A stretch of DNA of 64,000 nt from Deinococcus sp. (GTDB lineage: Bacteria > Deinococcota > Deinococci > Deinococcales > Deinococcaceae). The notes beneath the pieces were generated by a model, which did no database searches, had not been told where the DNA came from, and worked only from the letters and a program-made list of their open reading frames with translations. Positions within the stretch are counted from its first letter, which is position 1. The number at the start of each line of letters is the position of its first letter. Position numbers and translations under genes: made by a program. The stretch spans positions 640,001 to 704,000 of the forward strand of contig OZ253375.1 in NCBI GenBank assembly GCA_965261005.1, given 5' to 3'. Below are positions 32,928-40,684 of this stretch, in pieces.

Positions 32928-33485
32928 TCAGCGCCGCTTCTTGACGTGCCACAGCTCTTCCTCGACGCCGGCGCGGGCGTTGGCGGCGCGCGCCATGATG
33001 AAGAGCAGGTCCGAGAGGCGGTTGAGGTAGACGCGGGCGTGGGGGTTGACGGCTTCCTCCGCTTCCAAGCGGACCACGTCGCGCTCGGCACGGCGGGCGA
33101 CCGCGCGGGCGAGTTGCAGGGCCGCCGCCGCCGGGGTGCCGCCGGGGTGAATGAACTGCGTCAGCTCGGGCGCCTGCGCTTGGTAGCGGTCAATCATGGT
33201 CTCCAGCGCGGCCGAATCCGCCTCGTCCATGCGCGCGATGTTCTTCGCGTAGGGGCTGTCTTGCCGGGTGGCGAGGTCGGCGCCCAGATCGAAGAGGGCG
33301 TTTTGCAAGTACGCGAGGTCGGCGTCCAGGTCGGGGTCACGCAGGTGGGCGCGCGCCAGGCCGATCACGCTGTTGGCCTCGTCCACCGTGCCGTACGCCT
33401 CCACCCGCGCGCTGCCCTTGCTGACGCGGTCGGCGCCGTAGAGGCCGGTCTGTCCGGCGTCGCCGGTTTTGGTGTAGAGCTTCAT
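32928..33485 (-). CDS. Cob(I)alamin adenosyltransferase, PduO type
   Basis: MKLYTKTGDAGQTGL, YGTVDEANS, RRAER, YLNRLSDLLF. Confidence 0.95.
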   Translation of the reverse strand: MKLYTKTGDAGQTGLYGADRVSKGSARVEAYGTVDEANSVIGLARAHLRDPDLDADLAYLQNALFDLGADLATRQDSPYAKNIARMDEADSAALETMIDRYQAQAPELTQFIHPGGTPAAAALQLARAVARRAERDVVRLEAEEAVNPHARVYLNRLSDLLFIMARAANARAGVEEELWHVKKRR

Positions 33486-33522
33486 GACCCAACCTTAGCA
33501 GGTGCGCCAAGGCCCCTCTACT

Positions 33523-34404
33523 TCAATTCAGCTCCTGCCCACGCGCGTCCAAGTTGGCAAACACCGCGCGCAGGGCGGGGCTGTCTTCGGGGAGCTGCCC
33601 GTAGCGCTCGGCCAAGTAAAAGGCGACCCAGGCGCCGAAGTACCACAGGGCCAGGTTGCCCGGGTAGCCGCCCACGCCCTCCGGGTACGGCACCTGGATG
33701 ACCTCGTCCACCCGCGTTTCCAGCACCTCGCGCGCCAGCGCCAGCTCCTCGTCCTCGTCGCCCAGCACGAGGGCCACGCGGCCGTCGCCGTTTTCGTGGC
33801 GGGCCTCAAAGGCGCCGGTCAGCACGTAGAGGGGATCGTGCGCCACCGGGACGGCGAGGCTCTTGCCCACCCGCGCGAGCAGTTGCTGCCAAGCCCTGGG
33901 CAACACGTCCTCCCCCTGCGCCGCCAGCAGCAGCGGCGCGCGGCCCCACAGCGACCAAGCCAGCGTGCGCGCCGGGTTCTCCTCTTGCCCTGGGGCGCAG
34001 CGCGCGGCGAGGTCGGCCAGCAGACGGTCGGCCTCGCGCGCCTCCTCACCGAAGCCGGCGGCGTGCGCGACCCATTGGGCGTAGTGGTAGGTGGAGAGGG
34101 GGCCGCGCCGCACCAAGGCGCTCGGACCGGCGCCGCTCCCTTCCAGCTTGTCGCTCAAGCGGATCACCTGCGCGCCGCTCACCTCGGCCATGCTGGCGTA
34201 GTCCTCAGCGCCGGCGTCCCAATCGCCCGAGGCCAGCAGAAACTGGGTGCCTTGGGCCGTGAGACGGCGCCCGATCAGCGGGAACAGCAGCTCGGCGGCC
34301 AGGGCGCCTTCCCCGAGGCCCAGCACGGCGTGGGGACCGGGCCGCGCTGGGGCGCCCTCGGAGGCGTGGGGCAGGGCGAGCAGGGCGTCGGTGAAACTGG
34401 GCAT
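33523..34404 (-). CDS. SIS / phosphoglucose-phosphomannose isomerase C-terminal-like protein
   Basis: ENPARTLAWSL, RAWQQLLARVGKS, WVAFYLAERYG resemble the PGI/PMI C-terminal domain; RBS AAGGAG. Confidence 0.6.
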   Translation of the reverse strand: MPSFTDALLALPHASEGAPARPGPHAVLGLGEGALAAELLFPLIGRRLTAQGTQFLLASGDWDAGAEDYASMAEVSGAQVIRLSDKLEGSGAGPSALVRRGPLSTYHYAQWVAHAAGFGEEAREADRLLADLAARCAPGQEENPARTLAWSLWGRAPLLLAAQGEDVLPRAWQQLLARVGKSLAVPVAHDPLYVLTGAFEARHENGDGRVALVLGDEDEELALAREVLETRVDEVIQVPYPEGVGGYPGNLALWYFGAWVAFYLAERYGQLPEDSPALRAVFANLDARGQELN

Positions 34405-34481
34405 AAGCGCTCCTTCGTGTTGATCCGTCTGTTGATCTGCGGGGCTTGCTCGGCGCTCAAGCGGCCTTCATCCGGCCTTAA

Positions 34482-34661
<180 letters not shown>

Positions 34662-34686
34662 TAGCACGCGAAAGAAAGGAAGTCAA

Positions 34687-36552
34687 GTGAATCAAAAGCT
34701 ACTCGTGCGCGTCCTGCTGGGCGTTTTGGCGGTGCTCTTGCTCGCGGGCATGGTGGTCACCTTCACGCCCAGCCTGAATAGCTTGCGGGCCAATCGCGGC
34801 ACGCCGGCCCTCAAGGTGGGCGGGGAAACCATCACGGCGCAGCAACTCGACCAAGCCCGGCAAGGCAACCCGGTGCTCTCGCTGGCCCAAGGCGGGGTGC
34901 TGGGCGTGGACTTCAAGACATACCTGGTGTATCAACAGGTGCAGCAGGCGCTGCTCAAGCAGGCCGCCTCGGACGTCAAGGTGGGCAGAAGCGAGGTGGC
35001 CGACCAAGTCAAGCGGATTCGCGACAGCCAAGGGCTGACCAAGAACAGCGACTGGCTGGCCTTTTTGCAACGGGCCGGCTACACCGACGCCAGCGCCCGG
35101 GAGCAGATTCGCGACGGGCTGGCGGTGCAGCAAAAGCTCAAGCAAATCGCGGACGCGGCGCCCAAGCCGACGGGCGCCGAGGTGAAGCTGTACTACGACC
35201 TCAACCCGGACGCCTTTAAGTCCGAGGCGCGCATCGTGGCGCGCGAGATCGTGGTGTCGGACCCCAAAAAGGCCGCCGACCTGCGCGCCCAGGCCCAAGC
35301 GGGCGCCGACTTCGCCAAGCTCGCGGGCGCGAACAGCTTGGAGAACAAGGACCGTGGCGGCGCCCTCGGCCCGGTGGAAAACGGCCAGCCGAAGGCGGTG
35401 TCGGCGGTGGCCCTGCCGCAGGAAGTGGCCCCGGTCGCCTTCGCGCTCACCTTTGGCGGCCTGACCGACGTGATCAAGTCCGGCGACCGCTATTACGTCG
35501 TCAAGGTGGACAAGCTTTTGCCGGCCGGCACCCAACCCCTCGCCCAGGTCAAGGACCAGGCCAGCAAGGCGGTCGCCGAGCAGAAAAAGAACGCCGCCAT
35601 CGAGCAGTGGGTGGACGGATTGCAAAAGAACGCCGACGTACAGGTGCTGGATCAGGGGTGGAAGTACTACAACCCCGCCGCCGCCACGGTGGCCGGCAAG
35701 AACATTCCCTACGCCGAGGTGATCGCCACCATGCTGGGAAACCAGCAGTTCGGCCAGTTTCTAAAGCAAGGTGGCGAGCAGGCCAGCACGCTGGTCAACA
35801 GCGTGTTCAAGCCGCAGGTACTGGAGAGCTTAATTCAAAGCTACGCCGCCCCCACCATCGCGAGCAACTTGAAGCTGCCCATCGCCGGCAGCCGCCAAGA
35901 GCAGCTGGCCGAACTGCGCACTTACGGAGCGAGAAAGGTTCAGGTGACGGACGCCCAGATCGCACAGGCGTATCAGCAGCAACAGGCCCAGTTCAGCACG
36001 CCGGCCAGCGCCAGCGTGAGCGAGGCGACCTTTGGGGACCAGCAAAAGGCGCTGGCGTTTCGGGCGGCCTTTTTGAAAACGGGCGGCGACTTCACGGGGG
36101 CGGCCTCCAAGGCCGGCGGCACCGTGGCCGAGCGCGGCAAGGTGCAAACCGGCGACCAAAAGCTGACCGGACCCAGCGAGCAGGCCGTGTTCAGCCGCCG
36201 GCTGAGCGCCGCCGGCGACGGCAGCCTGAGCGAGGTCGCGGAGCAGGGCGGGCGCTACAGCGTGCTGTACGTCACCGACCTTATCAAGGCCAGCGCCAAG
36301 CCGCTCGCCGAGGTGCGCGACCAGATTCGCGCCCAGTTGCTCACGCAACAGCGCGAGCAGGCGAGCCAGCAGTTCATCACGGCCCAGCTCAAGCCCATCA
36401 AGGTACAAAACGACTTGAAAAGCGCCATCGCGGGGGCCGAGAAGCTGGCCGCCAGCGCGCCCAAGCCGGCGGCCGGCGCCCCAGCCGACCAGACCCAACC
36501 AACCACCTCGCAGCCCACAACACCACAAGCGGCGCCCAAGAGCGACAAGTAG
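34687..36552 (+). CDS. Parvulin-type peptidyl-prolyl isomerase/foldase (PrsA/SurA/PpiD-like)
   Basis: N-terminal TM anchor, SurA-like helical region, AREIVV...DFAKLA...KDRGGALG rotamase domain and a second degenerate copy. Confidence 0.85.
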   Translation: MNQKLLVRVLLGVLAVLLLAGMVVTFTPSLNSLRANRGTPALKVGGETITAQQLDQARQGNPVLSLAQGGVLGVDFKTYLVYQQVQQALLKQAASDVKVGRSEVADQVKRIRDSQGLTKNSDWLAFLQRAGYTDASAREQIRDGLAVQQKLKQIADAAPKPTGAEVKLYYDLNPDAFKSEARIVAREIVVSDPKKAADLRAQAQAGADFAKLAGANSLENKDRGGALGPVENGQPKAVSAVALPQEVAPVAFALTFGGLTDVIKSGDRYYVVKVDKLLPAGTQPLAQVKDQASKAVAEQKKNAAIEQWVDGLQKNADVQVLDQGWKYYNPAAATVAGKNIPYAEVIATMLGNQQFGQFLKQGGEQASTLVNSVFKPQVLESLIQSYAAPTIASNLKLPIAGSRQEQLAELRTYGARKVQVTDAQIAQAYQQQQAQFSTPASASVSEATFGDQQKALAFRAAFLKTGGDFTGAASKAGGTVAERGKVQTGDQKLTGPSEQAVFSRRLSAAGDGSLSEVAEQGGRYSVLYVTDLIKASAKPLAEVRDQIRAQLLTQQREQASQQFITAQLKPIKVQNDLKSAIAGAEKLAASAPKPAAGAPADQTQPTTSQPTTPQAAPKSDK

Positions 36553-36564
36553 GTTGCTCCGGCG

Positions 36565-36599
36565 AGCGGGCGGACCTGAACCCAGGTCCGCCCGCTTTT
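36565..36599. terminator. Terminator between convergent genes
   Basis: AGCGGGCGGACCTG-AACC-CAGGTCCGCCCGCTTTT. Confidence 0.85.
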
Positions 36600-36617
36600 G
36601 TCATGTAGAAGTTGGCC

Positions 36618-37139
36618 TCAAGTTGCGTACTCGATCTTGCCCGCCTGCCAAAACGGCAGCAGCAGTTCGAGCAATTCGCGCGGCGGCAGCGGTGAGGCGC
36701 CGATCATGTCGCTCAGGCTTCCCTTGCCCACTTGGGACAGCGCCCAGTATTGGCGCCGGTTCACGCGGGCTTGGTCGCTCCAGCCGGCGGTGAAGCGCAG
36801 CGGCCTGTTCCAATCGGGAAAGGTGCGCAGCAGCTCGGTCCAGGCGTCGCTTTCCTGCACCATCTGCGCGAGCAACGCTTCGCGGCGCAGCTTGACGCTT
36901 TGCTGAGGTGAGGCGGCGTTTTGCTCGAAGTCGAAGCGGCCTTCTTGCAAGCTGGCGATCAGGCTCAGGGCCTCGGCGCCGGTTTTGCTGAGGACCAGCG
37001 CGTGCGCCACCTCACCGTTTTCAATCCACACGTCCCCGCCCCGCGCGTGCTCGATGTGCAGCTTGCCCGTGCGGTTGCTGGTCAGCAGCATCTGCATCAC
37101 GCCCAGCAAGTCGAAGTCGGTCAAATTGCCCGAAAGCAT
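36618..37139 (-). CDS. DUF4388 domain protein
   Basis: MLSGNLTDFDLLGVMQML...RTGKL...G.VAHA...EGRFDF; TAGACT leaderless promoter. Confidence 0.85.
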   Translation of the reverse strand: MLSGNLTDFDLLGVMQMLLTSNRTGKLHIEHARGGDVWIENGEVAHALVLSKTGAEALSLIASLQEGRFDFEQNAASPQQSVKLRREALLAQMVQESDAWTELLRTFPDWNRPLRFTAGWSDQARVNRRQYWALSQVGKGSLSDMIGASPLPPRELLELLLPFWQAGKIEYAT

Positions 37140-37199
37140 ATCAACAGTCTAAAGCATCCCCGCAGGCCGCGTTCCTATAGCTCGCGCGCCACCCAGAAT

Positions 37200-39224
37200 T
37201 TATACGCCCACCCCCTGCACAAAGCGGCCGAGCTTGCGCATTTCGCGCGACACGGCCTGCTCCACCAAGGCTTGATCGAGACCGCTGCCCTGCGAGACGG
37301 CCACGAAAATGGCGTGGCGGGCCGCGCTCTTGATGTTCGCCCCGGTCAACTTGAGCTGGGCGAGCCGGTCGAAGTCCAAGAACGAGGTGGGAAGCGTGGC
37401 CGGAAACGCCTTGATCCACAGGCGCCGCCGCTCTTCGGCGCCCGGTTCGCGAAAGCTGAGTTCAAAACGGATGCGCCGCAAAAAAGCCGAGTCAATGCTG
37501 CTGGGCAAGTTGGTGGTCAAAATGGCGAGGCCCCGGTACGCCTCCAAGCGCTGAAGCAGGTAGTTGGTCTGCATGTTGGCGTGGCGGCCGTTGGCGTCGC
37601 CGCCGTCCCCACGCTTGCCGAACACACTGTCGGCCTCGTCGAAGAGCAAGACGCCCCCGCCTTCGTCGGCGGCGTCGAAGAGCTTCTCCAAGTTCTTCTC
37701 CGTTTCACCGATCCACTTGCTGCTCAGCTGCGCCAAGTCCACGCGGAATAGGTCAAGGTCGAGTTCCTTGGCGACCACCCCGGCGGCAAAGGTCTTGCCC
37801 GTTCCACTCGGGCCGCTGAACAGGGTCACGATGCCGGAAGGCTGGCGGGCGGCGTACAAGTCCTCAACCTGCGCGCGGTAACGCGCGTGCAGCACCAAGT
37901 CGTGCAAAACGGCCACATCTGCTTTCGGCAAAACCAGGTCGTCCCAACTGGCCTCAACAGGGATGTGCTCGGCCAGCGAGCGGACCTGCGCCATTTTCGC
38001 GCGGCCCACGCGGCGGCACGCTTCCCAAGTCCTGACCAGCTTGTCCGCGTGCGAAGCCGGCGCGCCTTGCGCCAGCACGTCTTGACAGGCTTGCCACATC
38101 ATTGGCAACGGCAAGACGAAGTGCCCGGACAATTGGGCGAGCTGCCGCTGCTCTTCCGCATTCAGGACCTGCGCTGGCAGTTTTAACAAGTACGCCCACA
38201 GCGAGCGCACCTCCTGACTCGTGGGCGGGTTCACTTCATGGGACAACACGGGGCGTTCCAGTTTGAGCGCCAGCGGATCGCGGGTCACCACGACCACCGG
38301 GCACCACGCGCAGTGCAGCAGCCTGGTCAGGGCGTCTTGCAGTTGCCGCGTTTCCGAAAGCCCATTCGGGGCGCCGTCGGTGGCGTTTGCCACGGGCAGC
38401 TTGACGTACACGCACAGCGCGAGCGGCTTCAAGCGGGCTTCGCGCGTCCAATCGGCCAACCACTCCCCGAGGTTCGCGGCCCACTGATCACGGCTCTGGG
38501 CCAAGTCCAGGGTGCAGGCCCAGTGCGCCTGCTCGCCAAGGGCGGCGCACACCGACTCGCCGATCCGCCGGGCGCTTTCCAAATCGCCGTACAAGTTCAC
38601 GGCCAGGGGTGGTCGCCGCTCCCGACCTTCTGACGCGGTGGCGGGGGTTCGCAACGCGGCCACCACCCGGTCGCACAACACCTGTTCCCGCTGATGGGCG
38701 ATCCACGACTGCGTCACGCTTTGAACGCACAGGTTTGAATCAAGACCCCCTTGCCCCATCAAGTACTCAAAGGCCCCGGACGTCATCTGAAGTGGCCGCA
38801 GGTTGTGCCCGGCCGTCGGGTCCACGGGCGGCAGCAGGCGCAACAAGCCGCCGCGCAATAAGGGCGCGCCGGCCCGGAAAGCGCCCGGGTCGGCGTCCGG
38901 ACACCAATTCAGCAGCAGATAAGGAGAAAGGTAAGCTTGCAGCGGATTGCGGACGTCAAGCCCCAGCTCGTAGGCGCAGCGCGCCCGCAAATCGGGCGGA
39001 CGCAGCTCGTCGGCGGCGGCCAGCAGCAAGGCAAACTGTTCAAAAGCGCTCAGCTCGAAGGTCAGCGCCATCCGCTCGAAAGCGGTCCCCGCGTACCCGG
39101 CGGGAAGTTCCAGCGGATAGGGACCGGAAACGTCGGGATTCTGGTGCAGCTTGATCTGGTCGAGCAAGTCCTGTACCGCGAAACGTAAGTACGCCTGTGA
39201 ACGGACGCGCCAAGGGTCGCTCAT
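37200..39224 (-). CDS. AAA+ ATPase, eCIS Afp15/Pvc15-like architecture
   Basis: N-terminal winged-helix-like region (FELSAFEQFALLLAAADEL...APLLRGGLL), degenerate first AAA module, then SWDDLVLP, GPSGTGKT, KWIGETEKNL, LLFDEAD, TTN, DSAFLRR. Confidence 0.85.
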   Translation of the reverse strand: MSDPWRVRSQAYLRFAVQDLLDQIKLHQNPDVSGPYPLELPAGYAGTAFERMALTFELSAFEQFALLLAAADELRPPDLRARCAYELGLDVRNPLQAYLSPYLLLNWCPDADPGAFRAGAPLLRGGLLRLLPPVDPTAGHNLRPLQMTSGAFEYLMGQGGLDSNLCVQSVTQSWIAHQREQVLCDRVVAALRTPATASEGRERRPPLAVNLYGDLESARRIGESVCAALGEQAHWACTLDLAQSRDQWAANLGEWLADWTREARLKPLALCVYVKLPVANATDGAPNGLSETRQLQDALTRLLHCAWCPVVVVTRDPLALKLERPVLSHEVNPPTSQEVRSLWAYLLKLPAQVLNAEEQRQLAQLSGHFVLPLPMMWQACQDVLAQGAPASHADKLVRTWEACRRVGRAKMAQVRSLAEHIPVEASWDDLVLPKADVAVLHDLVLHARYRAQVEDLYAARQPSGIVTLFSGPSGTGKTFAAGVVAKELDLDLFRVDLAQLSSKWIGETEKNLEKLFDAADEGGGVLLFDEADSVFGKRGDGGDANGRHANMQTNYLLQRLEAYRGLAILTTNLPSSIDSAFLRRIRFELSFREPGAEERRRLWIKAFPATLPTSFLDFDRLAQLKLTGANIKSAARHAIFVAVSQGSGLDQALVEQAVSREMRKLGRFVQGVGV

Positions 39225-39248
39225 CGGTCGTCACCTGCGTGTCCGGAG

Positions 39249-40121
39249 CTATGGTTCACGCTTCTCCCGACTTGCCGCTGGAAAGGTGAAGGTGCGGGTC
39301 ACAGGGTCAAACAGAAAGACGCCGTCAGGACTGAATTCTAGCGTCAGCTTGAGCTTTTCTCCGTCGCGCGCCCGGTCCAGTTCAACCACGCCGGCGTGCA
39401 GCCCGACGTATTGAAAACGCCCCACCTTCACGGCCCGTGCCAAGTCCTGCTGATCGAAGCGGCAAGCCGCGCTGTCCAGACGCGCCTCAATGCGCTGGTC
39501 CAGCTTGGACGGCACGGTTCCGCCGCCGTACTCCTCCATCCAGCGATGCGCCAGCTTGGTAATTGCGCTACGCGTATCCTTCATATGGGGGCTGAGCCGC
39601 ACTTGGGCCGTCAAGAACGTCCGCATCAATCGCCCTCGCCCCATCTTCTCGGCGGGACCGAACGAGGCGTCACCGGGCGTACCGTCGGTGTCGTAGTCAA
39701 TCTGGGCGTGGTACGTCGTCTTTGATCGCACGTCGCGCAAAAAGAACTCCTCTGTACCAAAAGCGCTGCCCGAGGTGTCCGTGCGCCAGTAAACTTCTGG
39801 CGAGCCGTCGTGGTCCACGTCAGTCAACTTGGCGTCCCGTACGATGGTGTCCACCTTGGTATCCCAGGTTACTTTGAAGGTGTTCTTAGCAGGGACGAGC
39901 AGCAGCAGGCGCGTTTTATACTCCTCAGCAAGGTCCATCACAACCAACGCGCGCCGCGACGTCCCGGAACTCCACCAAACGGTTCGGACATCCTCAGCCG
40001 TCGTGCCAAAGCTTTGCCGCGCGAACTGCTCGGGACTAACGGCGCCGGCCACGCCACCAAGACACAAGGCGAGCGCCAGCGCCTTTACCCAGGCTGAAGG
40101 AATACGCCACCGCTTGCTCAA
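39249..40121 (-). CDS. Secreted hypothetical protein, candidate immunity protein
   Basis: Signal peptide; DVDHDGSPEV Ca-binding-like loop; TTG start overlaps the upstream stop (TTGA). Confidence 0.7.
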   Translation of the reverse strand: MSKRWRIPSAWVKALALALCLGGVAGAVSPEQFARQSFGTTAEDVRTVWWSSGTSRRALVVMDLAEEYKTRLLLLVPAKNTFKVTWDTKVDTIVRDAKLTDVDHDGSPEVYWRTDTSGSAFGTEEFFLRDVRSKTTYHAQIDYDTDGTPGDASFGPAEKMGRGRLMRTFLTAQVRLSPHMKDTRSAITKLAHRWMEEYGGGTVPSKLDQRIEARLDSAACRFDQQDLARAVKVGRFQYVGLHAGVVELDRARDGEKLKLTLEFSPDGVFLFDPVTRTFTFPAASREKREP

Positions 40122-40684
40122 GGTTGCCGCTCCCCCGGATCAGGTTTGGGATGCCAGTTTTGCAAGAATAAGACATTAAAAATAGTTTTGCCGTCCTCTG
40201 CATATTTACTGCACAAGACGCTAAACTTCTTGCCTGTCTTCATCTGATAAAAAAGTACAGGCGTGTCCTCATTGGCGATCATAACACTGTCGTAACATTT
40301 CCTTTTGACGTTCTCCTTGCTGGTTTTATAACCTGCTACTTCTCCTATCGTGTCTACGAGCATTTGCTGCTGCCAAGAAGAAATTTTAGGAGCTTTTATA
40401 CCGGGGAAGAAAATGACCATTTTTACTATTTTATTCCCTTTCAACAAATAACTAACTTTATGGATAGTATTAGAATTCTCTTCTGTTTCTTGATCCTCTA
40501 TTAAATTGAAAAAAAATCTCACAACTTTTTTATCAAAACTATCAGCTTCGCTTCCTCCAAAAAAGCAATAGTGTTTATTACATGGGCTATTAGTAAAAGC
40601 TGATTTCGGAGAGTCAGCTATTTGAGCGAAGCCGAAAGACAAATTTGCTCCCATAAACAGCAAAACAGCATGTTTATAGATCAT
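40118..40684 (-). CDS. Low-GC secreted hypothetical protein, candidate immunity protein
   Basis: ATG overlaps the effector stop (ATGA); signal-like N-terminus; strongly AT-rich (17/60 GC at 40501-40560). Confidence 0.75.
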   Translation of the reverse strand: MIYKHAVLLFMGANLSFGFAQIADSPKSAFTNSPCNKHYCFFGGSEADSFDKKVVRFFFNLIEDQETEENSNTIHKVSYLLKGNKIVKMVIFFPGIKAPKISSWQQQMLVDTIGEVAGYKTSKENVKRKCYDSVMIANEDTPVLFYQMKTGKKFSVLCSKYAEDGKTIFNVLFLQNWHPKPDPGERQP